A DNA stretch of 41,206 nt from a virus: positions 1-41,206 of the IMG/VR virus record IMGVR_UViG_3300027784_000002; one strand, given 5' to 3'. The notes beneath the pieces are model-generated. The model was not told where the DNA came from. It did not search any database and was given only the letters and a program-made list of their open reading frames with translations. A program made the position numbers and the translations under genes. How positions within the stretch are numbered: position 1 is the stretch's first letter; each line of letters begins with the position of its first letter. Below are positions 6,227-14,512 of this stretch, one piece after another.

Positions 6227-6261
6227 GGCCGGGAATGTTGCCGGGAAAAGATTGCCGGCAA
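6227..6261. promoter_or_regulatory. Three direct GC-rich repeats (GGCCGGGAA / TGCCGGGAA / TGCCGGCAA) between the divergent promoters
   Basis: Read directly at 6227, 6239 and 6253. A GC-rich island in AT-rich DNA, immediately upstream of terS. Confidence 0.5.
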
Positions 6262-6265
6262 ACAC

Positions 6266-6294
6266 TTGACTTGCTTCTCTTACTCTATTATAAT
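6266..6294 (+). promoter_or_regulatory. Sigma70-type promoter placed for a leaderless terS transcript
   Basis: TTGACT (6266..6271), 17 nt, TATAAT (6289..6294), then 6 nt (aacaca), then ATG at 6301. Confidence 0.6.
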
Positions 6295-6300
6295 AACACA

Positions 6301-6795
6301 ATGCCTAAGAAAGAAGTAAAACTCACACCAAAAGAAGTAAGGGACCGCTTACAAGAGTACTTTGATTACTGCGACCCTCACATTGATGAGGTAGAACTTG
6401 TGATACACGAAACAAAGAAAGGGGGTGGGAAGGAACAGGTTGGTGAGATAAGAAAGGTACCGACCAAGACCAAACAAAAACCCTACACACTATCTGGCAT
6501 AGCAAATTGCCTAGGAATTACTACAAAGCAATATAAGGAGATAGCTAATCCTGACTACAAATCCCGGCACGGCTCGGTCAGGGTCTCCCCCAAAGCTAGG
6601 GACGAAATGATAATGGGGCTCCAAAAGGTGGAGGAGTTCGCCGAAAAGAAGCTATATCAGGGTGCTTCGTCAGGGGCGCAGTTTGCGCTTAAAAATATAG
6701 CGGAGTGGAAGGATAAGATGGAGGTGGAAAGTCCCGGGTTGTCTAATAGTATAGCGCAGCTGGAGGAAAAAATTAGTAAGGCGTTAAAAAAATAA
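6301..6795 (+). CDS. terS: Terminase small subunit
   Basis: The LQEYFDYCDP ... KPYTLSGIANCLGITTKQYKEIAN pattern is typical of the Terminase_2/P27-type TerS HTH. Lies directly upstream of TerL. Start is set at the internal ATG because the promoter lies inside the longer ORF (6208). Confidence 0.7.
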   Translation: MPKKEVKLTPKEVRDRLQEYFDYCDPHIDEVELVIHETKKGGGKEQVGEIRKVPTKTKQKPYTLSGIANCLGITTKQYKEIANPDYKSRHGSVRVSPKARDEMIMGLQKVEEFAEKKLYQGASSGAQFALKNIAEWKDKMEVESPGLSNSIAQLEEKISKALKK

Positions 6796-6796
6796 T

Positions 6797-7006
6797 ATGT
6801 TTCCAAAAGGATTTAAGGTGTTTAAGCCAAGTGATAAAGCTCCCGACTTCGTTAAAGTGAATATCGTTATAGATCACGAATTTTTACAGTGGTTTAACGA
6901 AAATCAGCATGAAGGGGAGGTTCGTGTAGATATTAAGGAATCAAAGAATGGAAAATACTACCCCCAAAGAAATGACTTCAAGTCATCTGGCGGCCAGTCT
7001 GTATAA
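6797..7006 (+). CDS. Hypothetical small protein (69 aa) between terS and terL
   Basis: ORF track. Starts 1 nt after the terS stop and overlaps the annotated TerL start. Confidence 0.4.
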   Translation: MFPKGFKVFKPSDKAPDFVKVNIVIDHEFLQWFNENQHEGEVRVDIKESKNGKYYPQRNDFKSSGGQSV

Positions 7007-8390
7007 GGATGACTTCGGTCAGCCATTGCAGCTCACGCCGACTCAGCAAGAGATTTTTGATATTATAACAAAGCGCAAGTATCCCCGGACACTGGTTATT
7101 ACGCCTACGCAGTATGGGAAGTCAAAGACGGTGGCGACTGCCGTTTTGACTAGGGCGGCGACGTTTCCGGAGAAGTGGGCTATTGTGGCGCCGACGGCGA
7201 AGAAGGCTGGTATTATAATGGGGTATGTGATTGATCATATTTTTGATAATGAGTATACGCAGAGTAAGTTTGCTATAGAGAAGGGGGATAGTTTTGATAA
7301 GATCCGCAGGGAGAGGAGTAAGGAGAGGGTTAACTTTAGGATTAGTAAGGGCAGGCTTGGTGAGGTGTTTACGTTGACTACGGAGGGGAAGAGGACGAAG
7401 AATGTGCTTGATGCCCTTATGGGATTCGGGGCGGCAAATATAGTTTTTGATGAAAGTGCTTTAGTGGAGGATGAACAGTATGCCGGTGTAAAGCGCATGC
7501 TTGGTGGGCATAAGGATAATTTTATATTGGAAATTGGGAACCCTCTAAGGAGGAATCATTTTTTTCAGTCGGCGCATGATGATAACTATAATAAGATTTG
7601 GATAGACCATAACGTGGCGCTCAGAGAAGGAAGGTACTCCCATGATTTTGTGGAGGAGATGCGCAAGGAGAAGTACTTTTCTATTTTGTATGAGTGCAAA
7701 TTCCCTGATGAAGGGATGATAGATGATAGCGGATGGTTGAATCTCTTTTTAACCGATGATGTGCAAAGAAATCTTATAGAGGATGAACCTTATCCCGTAG
7801 GGGCACCAAGATTAGGGGTGGATCCTTCAGGTGGAGGGGGGAACTTTACATCTATGGTTATGAGGTTTGATAACTATGCCAAGGTTGAGTGGAAGGGGAA
7901 GATTAAGGATACGATGAAGATTGTAGAAAGGATTTTTGAAATTTGTGATAAGTATAGGACGTTGCCCGGAGTGTATAAGCATCCGGATGTTTTTATAGAC
8001 GCGATCGGAATAGGTAAGGGTGTTTATGATAGGGCGAAGGAGAAGAGGCCTCAGTATATATATGGGATAATGGCAGGGGAGAAAGTGAATTCAAATGATT
8101 ATTCCAACATGCGGGCGCAATACTATTGGAGGACAAGGAATGAGTTGGTTAAAGGGTTGAAGCTCTTAGACCATCCTGATTGGAAAAAGGAGTTGACAGC
8201 AATAAAATATAAACTAAAATCAGAGAAGAGGATACAAATAATGCCTAAAACGCAGATGCGAGTCCTTGGGATTGAGAGTCCTGATACAGCAGATGCTTTA
8301 GGTTTAACGTTTGCGGTTTACCCCGAAACAATAGAGGACTATGTAGCGGAGGTAAGAAACCCAACACAACTCGATCCCTATGAAGAATAA
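6948..8390 (+). CDS. terL: Terminase large subunit
   Basis: Walker A-like TPTQYGKSKT and Walker B-like IVFDESA. RNaseH-like nuclease motifs LGVDPSGGG, FIDAIGIGKGVYD and DTADAL. The start could instead be the ATG at 6972. Confidence 0.9.
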   Translation: MENTTPKEMTSSHLAASLYKDDFGQPLQLTPTQQEIFDIITKRKYPRTLVITPTQYGKSKTVATAVLTRAATFPEKWAIVAPTAKKAGIIMGYVIDHIFDNEYTQSKFAIEKGDSFDKIRRERSKERVNFRISKGRLGEVFTLTTEGKRTKNVLDALMGFGAANIVFDESALVEDEQYAGVKRMLGGHKDNFILEIGNPLRRNHFFQSAHDDNYNKIWIDHNVALREGRYSHDFVEEMRKEKYFSILYECKFPDEGMIDDSGWLNLFLTDDVQRNLIEDEPYPVGAPRLGVDPSGGGGNFTSMVMRFDNYAKVEWKGKIKDTMKIVERIFEICDKYRTLPGVYKHPDVFIDAIGIGKGVYDRAKEKRPQYIYGIMAGEKVNSNDYSNMRAQYYWRTRNELVKGLKLLDHPDWKKELTAIKYKLKSEKRIQIMPKTQMRVLGIESPDTADALGLTFAVYPETIEDYVAEVRNPTQLDPYEE

Positions 8391-10371
8391 ATACAAAGAA
8401 GATGAAATAGAGGAGAGGATGGCGGCTACAGAGCAAGAGATAGTTGACCAAGTAAAGAAGGAGTATAACTACTGCCATAAATCCTTAAAGCCAAAGATAG
8501 ATGAGTGGCTTTTTCGTCTTAAAGTTTACAACAATCAAAGAAGGCAGAAGGACAAGGTGGGAGATCCTCTGCTTTTTACTATTTTTCAAACAATTCTTGC
8601 TTCGCTCTATGATGATGGGTTAAGTATAGAGTGGCTTCCTCGTGAGGAGGGGGATGTGGATAAGGCGCAGAATTTGAATACCTTGAGTGAGTTTGATAAC
8701 GAGGAGATGAAGAAGGATAGGGTGGATTATGAGTGGATATGGGATACTTTGTTTTTTGGTAGAGGTCTCATATTTTTAATGGAGTTTGATATAGAAAAAA
8801 AGATTCCCATTCCTGAGACATGGAGTCCTTTAGTAACTTTAAGGGATCCGGAGGCGGTATCAGTGAATGGTAATGCAAGCGGAAAAGGAGGTGCCAGATT
8901 TATAGGAAGGGAAACCAACCAACTAAAGTGGGAGCTTGAAAAGCATCCTGCTTACTTTAATTTGGAAAAGATTGGAAAGAGTGATCGTGAAAACCATGAC
9001 AGTTTACATGAAAAAAGTCAGTCCGCTCGTAGGGAAGCTATGGGGCGCTCTGATGCACACAAGCAAGAGGATGTAGGTGAAAATACATTTATACGCACAG
9101 TGCAATGGTTTACCTTTATTGACGGTGAGAGGTACTTTGTAGAGTTGTCGGACAACATGAGTGTTTTGATAAGGATGCAAAAATTGGAAGATCAGGATCG
9201 CTTCCCTTTAATAGACAGACCACTATTCCCCGTTGCCAATGATTGGGATGGAGTATCGGTTCCCGACTTAGTGGAGGATAAGCAAAGAGCGAGAGCGGTA
9301 TTACTTAATGCAGGATTGGATATTGCTAAGGCTGCTTCCAACCCTATGTATCTTTTCGATGTCAACGCTATAAAGCGCAGGGATCAGCTTAATTATGAGT
9401 ACAATAAATTCGTTCCCGTTGATGGAAATCCTGCTGCTGCTGTCCAGCCCATGCAGAAGGATCGCATAAGCCATGACAGTCAGTACATCTTTCAAGTATT
9501 AGATGAAGCCACACAAAGGGCGCTTGCTACACCTGAACTTCAACAAGGTGCTACGCCAAGAAGGGCGAGGACGCTTGGTGAGTTGGAGCTTATGTCAGCT
9601 AAGGTTGATACAAGATACAGTTTAGCAGCTAAGATTTTCGCATGGAGTGAGAAGGACTTTTGGATGCAATGGTACAGACTATACAACAAACACTTTGATG
9701 ATGAGATTAGTGAAAAGATAATGCGCCTAGAAGGTGCTTTCGGGCCCGAGTTCAAGAAGATCGATAAGTCGGATATAATCATGAAAGCGCATCCTGATCT
9801 AAGAGTGAAATCGAAGGCAATAGCAGATGCGGAAAAAGCTCTTAATAAGCGTACAATCCAAGAGTATGTTCAACTAGGTTCACAGATACCCGGATTCAAT
9901 GTGAGATATGCCTTAAAGGAAATGGGAAGACTTTCCGACTTTACTAAAGGGAAGATAGATCAACTAATGCCTCCCGTATACGATGAGATAGTGGCTGAAG
10001 AGGAAAACCAAATGATCAACAATGGAAAGAAACCAAGAGTGCTTTTAACTGATGATCACATGCAACACTTAGCTATGCACGCTAAGGCCAAGGAAAGCAA
10101 GTTGCGTGAAAATCATATTAAATCACACAAGGTCGCAATTCAAATTATTCATAACAATCCCGAAGTGGTCGATCCCGGCCTTATAGGCGAAGGGGCTCCT
10201 AGACCTATGGATGTTTCTGAAGGAGGAGCAAAGCAAGGAAGGCCACAGGAGAGGCCAACTGTACCCGAGGGCGCCGAGGATAGGGCACCTCATGGGCAGG
10301 GTACCGGGAGAAGTCCGTTTAACGCTCCCCAAGCATTCGAAGGTGGTATGCCAATGGGAGAACAACAATGA
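8380..10371 (+). CDS. Portal protein
   Basis: 663 aa, immediately after and overlapping terL. Size and position are typical of a portal. Pro/Gly/Gln-rich disordered C-terminal tail. Confidence 0.7.
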   Translation: MKNKYKEDEIEERMAATEQEIVDQVKKEYNYCHKSLKPKIDEWLFRLKVYNNQRRQKDKVGDPLLFTIFQTILASLYDDGLSIEWLPREEGDVDKAQNLNTLSEFDNEEMKKDRVDYEWIWDTLFFGRGLIFLMEFDIEKKIPIPETWSPLVTLRDPEAVSVNGNASGKGGARFIGRETNQLKWELEKHPAYFNLEKIGKSDRENHDSLHEKSQSARREAMGRSDAHKQEDVGENTFIRTVQWFTFIDGERYFVELSDNMSVLIRMQKLEDQDRFPLIDRPLFPVANDWDGVSVPDLVEDKQRARAVLLNAGLDIAKAASNPMYLFDVNAIKRRDQLNYEYNKFVPVDGNPAAAVQPMQKDRISHDSQYIFQVLDEATQRALATPELQQGATPRRARTLGELELMSAKVDTRYSLAAKIFAWSEKDFWMQWYRLYNKHFDDEISEKIMRLEGAFGPEFKKIDKSDIIMKAHPDLRVKSKAIADAEKALNKRTIQEYVQLGSQIPGFNVRYALKEMGRLSDFTKGKIDQLMPPVYDEIVAEEENQMINNGKKPRVLLTDDHMQHLAMHAKAKESKLRENHIKSHKVAIQIIHNNPEVVDPGLIGEGAPRPMDVSEGGAKQGRPQERPTVPEGAEDRAPHGQGTGRSPFNAPQAFEGGMPMGEQQ

Positions 10372-10703
10372 GATTACCAACAGAGGAATTATTTCCAAGT
10401 GACAAAGAAAAAAACGAAGCTGTAAATTCACTAAGAACTCTTGTTAGAAGTAAGGGGTGGAAGGTGTTGACCAAATTACTTGACTTTGATATAAATAAAA
10501 TAGATAATGAGTTGAGGGTGAAAGAGTTTGAAGACGTGAATGAATTAAAAAGGATGCAGGACAGTCGAGCGACAAGACAGCTCCTTAAAGAATATCCGGA
10601 AGAAATAATCCGAACCCTTAGCAGGGATCAATCGGAAAAGGTCGAATTAGATCCTTATCAGGATCATTACAAACCTTCCATAAATATGGAAGAGGCTAAT
10701 TAG
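10368..10703 (+). CDS. Hypothetical head-module protein (111 aa)
   Basis: ORF track. ATGA overlap with the portal stop. Confidence 0.55.
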   Translation: MRLPTEELFPSDKEKNEAVNSLRTLVRSKGWKVLTKLLDFDINKIDNELRVKEFEDVNELKRMQDSRATRQLLKEYPEEIIRTLSRDQSEKVELDPYQDHYKPSINMEEAN

Positions 10704-10760
10704 CTCCCACTTACAAGGTTTTACGGCATTTCCTTGTGAAGGTGAGACTTAAATCAAAAC

Positions 10761-11432
10761 ATGCTAGATCCAGAAGAGACAAACCCCGAACAAGATTCAC
10801 AAGAAGGCGATCCTCAAGGTGAGCCTCAGGAACCCGAAGGACAAGATCCTCAAGGTTCCCAGAAAAAGGAATCTGAGGGAGATATTCAGGAACCTCCTGA
10901 AAGAAAATCTGAAACCGAGAAATATAAGGAGCAAGTAGAGCAGGATAAGCGACTTAAAAGGATTGAGTATCAAACAAGAAAGCTCAAAGAAGAAAACGAG
11001 AACCTTAAAAAACAACTCGGTGAGGATTATAAGTCGCCTGAATCATCCTTTACACAAGGTGAACCCCAAGGTGATCCTCAAGAAGATGATTTGAAAGTAT
11101 TCGACGAGCTGGATAAAAAAGAGCGTCAAATGGAGGTTAAGGAGTTCATTAAGGATAATCCCGAATACGAAAACCTTAAAACCACACTGGAGAAGTTCAT
11201 AGAGCACCCTGCTTATAAAAAGGTACCTGTGGACTTTATTGCCAAAGCTCTTAGTTCAGATCGTGCGGAGAAAATAGGCGCAGAAAAGGCATCCAAGGCT
11301 CAAAAGCAGTCTCAAATGTCTCAAGTAGGAGGTCACCCTGCAAAACCGCAGCAAAACCAACCCAAAGATTGGCTAAATACTACAAACGAAGAGTTTGAAA
11401 AAGAGTTAGCCAAAGTAAAAAAAGGTCAGTAG
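10761..11432 (+). CDS. Scaffolding protein (putative)
   Basis: Acidic, coiled-coil-rich, with low-complexity GDPQ/GEPQ repeats. Located between the portal and the major capsid gene. Confidence 0.55.
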   Translation: MLDPEETNPEQDSQEGDPQGEPQEPEGQDPQGSQKKESEGDIQEPPERKSETEKYKEQVEQDKRLKRIEYQTRKLKEENENLKKQLGEDYKSPESSFTQGEPQGDPQEDDLKVFDELDKKERQMEVKEFIKDNPEYENLKTTLEKFIEHPAYKKVPVDFIAKALSSDRAEKIGAEKASKAQKQSQMSQVGGHPAKPQQNQPKDWLNTTNEEFEKELAKVKKGQ

Positions 11433-11456
11433 ATTACTAAATTAAAAAACTAAAAA

Positions 11457-12425
11457 ATGGCCGGAAACACAAGTAGACAAACCATATCTCAAGAAGTAAA
11501 CAACTTCTATGATAGGACATTGCTTTCCAGACTTCTTCCACAGCTCCAGTATTTGCAGTTTGCCCAGATTAGAGACATTCCAAGAAACGCAGGAACAAAC
11601 ACGATTAAGTTTAGAAGGTACAACTCCCTATCAGCGAAGACTAGCCCCTTAGTCGAGGGTGTTACACCGCAAGGTTCAAAACTATCAGCCACAGAGCTTA
11701 CGGCAGACGTTAAGCAGTACGGTGATTATATTTCATTGACTGATGTTCTTCAGTATGAAACACCTGATCCTATTCTTGCGGAAACCTACGAGCTTCAAGG
11801 AGAGCAGACAGCTGAAACACTCGATACCCTTATGAGAGACGTCCTCTCTGCAGGGACCAACGTTGAGTATGCTGGTGGAAGTGCTGAAAGGACTGACATT
11901 GATAGCGATGACAAGATTAGCGCTGAAGATATTAGAAAGATTGTCAGAACTCTTTCTGAGAATAAGGCAAAACCTATTACCAGAAGAGTTGCTCCTGATG
12001 CAGGGTATGAAACAAGACCCGTTGACGCTTCCTACATCGGTATCATAGGACCCAAGGGCGAGTATGATCTTAAACAACTGGATGACTTTATCTCTGTTGA
12101 GCAATACTCCAACAAGGCGAATGTACTTGAGGGTGAGATTGGAAAAGTAGATAAAGTTAGGTTTATCCTTTCCCATAATACAAAAGTATGGGAAGACGCA
12201 GGATCAGGCGATGAGGATGTTTATGCCACTCTTATCTTCGGACAAGATGCTTTTGGCATGACCCGTGTTAGTGGTGAAGCAATGAAGACCATCACTAAAC
12301 CGCTTGGTTCCGCAGGTACTGCTGATCCGCTTGAGCAACGCGCCACTGCCGGATGGAAGGCAACATTCGTTGGTAAGATACTTAACGATGATGCGATTGT
12401 TAGATATGAACATGCAGTGTCTTGA
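11457..12425 (+). CDS. Major capsid protein (HK97 fold, N4-gp56-like family)
   Basis: The N-terminus FYDRTLLSRLLPQLQYLQFAQIRDIPRNAGTNTIKFRRYNSL matches the remembered N4-gp56-family capsid signature. 322 aa, following the scaffold gene. Confidence 0.75.
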   Translation: MAGNTSRQTISQEVNNFYDRTLLSRLLPQLQYLQFAQIRDIPRNAGTNTIKFRRYNSLSAKTSPLVEGVTPQGSKLSATELTADVKQYGDYISLTDVLQYETPDPILAETYELQGEQTAETLDTLMRDVLSAGTNVEYAGGSAERTDIDSDDKISAEDIRKIVRTLSENKAKPITRRVAPDAGYETRPVDASYIGIIGPKGEYDLKQLDDFISVEQYSNKANVLEGEIGKVDKVRFILSHNTKVWEDAGSGDEDVYATLIFGQDAFGMTRVSGEAMKTITKPLGSAGTADPLEQRATAGWKATFVGKILNDDAIVRYEHAVS

Positions 12426-12446
12426 GGTTTAATTCTCTAAAGAATT

Positions 12447-12857
12447 ATGTTCGAATGTAATTGCGGAAAAAAATTCAAATCCGAGAAGGGACTCAAAATC
12501 CATGAGAAATCGTGTGAGTTTGAGTCTCAAGACTCGGTGGATGAAAGTCCTGAAGAAAAGACCGAAGAGCAGACTAAAGAGAAAGAGGTGAGGAAGAGAA
12601 AAGAACAGATGACTAAAGAACATTTGGATAGTCAGGAAAAGATTATGTTTCATATACCTTTATCTAGCGGAGAGAGTGATGATTCTTTTGATATTGTCCG
12701 TATAAATGGTTACGGGATACAGATCAAAAAAGGAGTATCACTCAGTCTTCCTAGACAGGTAGCTGAAATGCTTGCCGAAAAGTACAATGTTGAAATGCAG
12801 GCCGGAAAGGAAAAACTTGTTAATCGTTCAGATGATGTGACAGATGCTCTTCAATAA
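12447..12857 (+). CDS. Head-module protein with N-terminal C2H2-like (C2HC) zinc finger
   Basis: MFECNCGKKFKSEKGLKIHEKSC has the classical C-X3-F-X5-L-X2-H-X3-(H/C) spacing. It is followed by a K/E-rich linker and a C-terminal domain (VRINGYGIQIKKGVSLSLPRQVAEML). Confidence 0.6.
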   Translation: MFECNCGKKFKSEKGLKIHEKSCEFESQDSVDESPEEKTEEQTKEKEVRKRKEQMTKEHLDSQEKIMFHIPLSSGESDDSFDIVRINGYGIQIKKGVSLSLPRQVAEMLAEKYNVEMQAGKEKLVNRSDDVTDALQ

Positions 12858-12888
12858 ATGGTCGATTAAAAATTTTAATTTTTAGCTT

Positions 12889-13203
12889 ATGGATTCAAAA
12901 GCAAGAATTTACGACGGAATAAGAGGAGGTCTATTAGAGTTCGGGACGGTTGATATTGAGCCCGGAGGCGTTGCAGCCGACGCTAAGGAAGATACAACCG
13001 TAGAGGTTGATGGAGTTGAAACTGGTGATGTGGTCTTTATGACAGCTCCCAGTGATCTTGAAGACGATCTTGTCTTTATTGGTGCGAAAGTTACCGGTGA
13101 TGATGAGGTCACGGTTAGTATAAAGAATCTTGCCTCTAGCGAAACAACCGGCGCTGAAAAGACGTGGGGAATTGTTGTTCTCAAGACCTCCAATGAGGAT
13201 TAA
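12889..13203 (+). CDS. Small beta-rich virion protein (104 aa; possible decoration/cement protein)
   Basis: ORF track. Position in the head module. Composition is G/V/T/D-rich. Confidence 0.5.
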   Translation: MDSKARIYDGIRGGLLEFGTVDIEPGGVAADAKEDTTVEVDGVETGDVVFMTAPSDLEDDLVFIGAKVTGDDEVTVSIKNLASSETTGAEKTWGIVVLKTSNED

Positions 13204-13251
13204 ACTCCTTATAAACTCCTCCTTTAGAGGGGGAGGAATAAGAAGTGTAAT

Positions 13252-13959
13252 ATGACCGGAAACGAATTAAAAGAATACATACACGAGTTGACCACAACGA
13301 ACGAACAAACGTTTGAGGATTCCCGTGTTCTTCTTTTTGTGAACATAGCCCGTGATGATATTGCTAAAGAGATAGTGAGGGAAAATGAGGATTACTTTGG
13401 AGAACGTTCTTATAGGAATTTGGAAAAAGGAAGGAGGGAGTATAGATTTCCCGGAGACCTCCTCAGCAATATAAAAGCAGTAGAAGCTAAGATAGATGGG
13501 GAAAACTGGGAAAGACTGGATGAGATTGATTTGAATGATGGATATGACGGTAATATGGATGAAGAGTCAATACAGGCAAATTTTAGCGGGAAAAAATCAA
13601 GATTTGATGTTTACAGGTCAGCTTTATGGATACTCTCAGGCGCTCCGATAGAAGATGTTGAAGAAGGACTTGTTCTTTGGCACATGGTATACCCCCCTAA
13701 AATGGAAGAGTTTACAGATGATGATATGGCTGAGTGGAAGGATAAAAAGCAAAGAAGTTTCCCAAGACAGTTTCATGAATTGATAGGAAGAAGGACTTCG
13801 ATACTTTATAAGTCTTCGAGGCCAAGGCCAATTCCTCTAACAGAGCAAGAGCAAATGTTTGAAATGGACTTGCAAAAAGCTCTTAGGTCGATAAGAGGAT
13901 TGAATTTGGACAGGTCGATAATAGCCTCTGTCCCAAAGGATGATGGCTCAAATTATTAG
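13252..13959 (+). CDS. Head-tail connector/adaptor candidate (235 aa)
   Basis: Position after the capsid genes. N-terminal helical region resembling adaptor proteins. The functional call is positional only. Confidence 0.4.
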   Translation: MTGNELKEYIHELTTTNEQTFEDSRVLLFVNIARDDIAKEIVRENEDYFGERSYRNLEKGRREYRFPGDLLSNIKAVEAKIDGENWERLDEIDLNDGYDGNMDEESIQANFSGKKSRFDVYRSALWILSGAPIEDVEEGLVLWHMVYPPKMEEFTDDDMAEWKDKKQRSFPRQFHELIGRRTSILYKSSRPRPIPLTEQEQMFEMDLQKALRSIRGLNLDRSIIASVPKDDGSNY

Positions 13960-13975
13960 TTAAAAAGTTAAAACC

Positions 13976-14452
13976 ATGACTAAAGCAAAAGGAAAAGTTG
14001 GTATAAGTGGTAGAGTAAAATTAACTTGCCACAAAAAAGACGGATCACTGAAGTGGTCCACAGGCTGGATGGAAAACGTAATCACCAATACCGGTCTCGC
14101 TGAATTTATTAAACTTAGCGGACAAAATTTGGGAGGTACTAGATTTCAGTACTTGGCAGTTGGATCCGGCACTACAGCTGAAGACGCAACTCAAACTGCT
14201 CTCGTAACTGAGATTAGTGATGGCGGTCTTGCAAGAGCGGAAGCTACTGTAACATCGGAGACAGATACTGTTGATGATGATACCTTAAAACTTGTACATT
14301 CTTGGACGGCTACCGCTACAAGAACCGTTGAGGAGATAGGTTTCTTCAACGATGCCAGTGCAGGAACGATGGGAGGAAGAAAGCTGACAGGAACCAAGGA
14401 GGTTGATGCGGACGAAGTACTGACCGGGGAATACGAAGTAGTAGCATCTTAA
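13976..14452 (+). CDS. Virion structural protein (158 aa)
   Basis: ORF track. The NVITNTGLAEF...YLAVGSGTTAEDATQTALVTEI pattern is seen in small phage structural/fibre-associated proteins. No family can be named. Confidence 0.5.
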   Translation: MTKAKGKVGISGRVKLTCHKKDGSLKWSTGWMENVITNTGLAEFIKLSGQNLGGTRFQYLAVGSGTTAEDATQTALVTEISDGGLARAEATVTSETDTVDDDTLKLVHSWTATATRTVEEIGFFNDASAGTMGGRKLTGTKEVDADEVLTGEYEVVAS

Positions 14453-14512
14453 GAAAATCCCCTTCTGTATAGTAGTTATCGTCTTACTTATAATGATTTA
14501 TTGTAAACTTTA

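Noticed and set aside
6208-6300. The longer TerS ORF starting at 6208 (MICPDLWPGML...).
   Set aside because: The extension covers the GC-rich repeats and the TTGACT/TATAAT promoter. The internal ATG at 6301 begins the recognisable TerS sequence and sits at the predicted transcription start.
14466-14494. A TATAAT at 14489..14494 upstream of the giant fibre gene as a promoter.
   Set aside because: The -35 position reads tgtata (3/6 matches). There is no extended -10. The spacing to the ATG (18 nt) matches neither the leaderless nor the leader-motif pattern. It is left uncalled.
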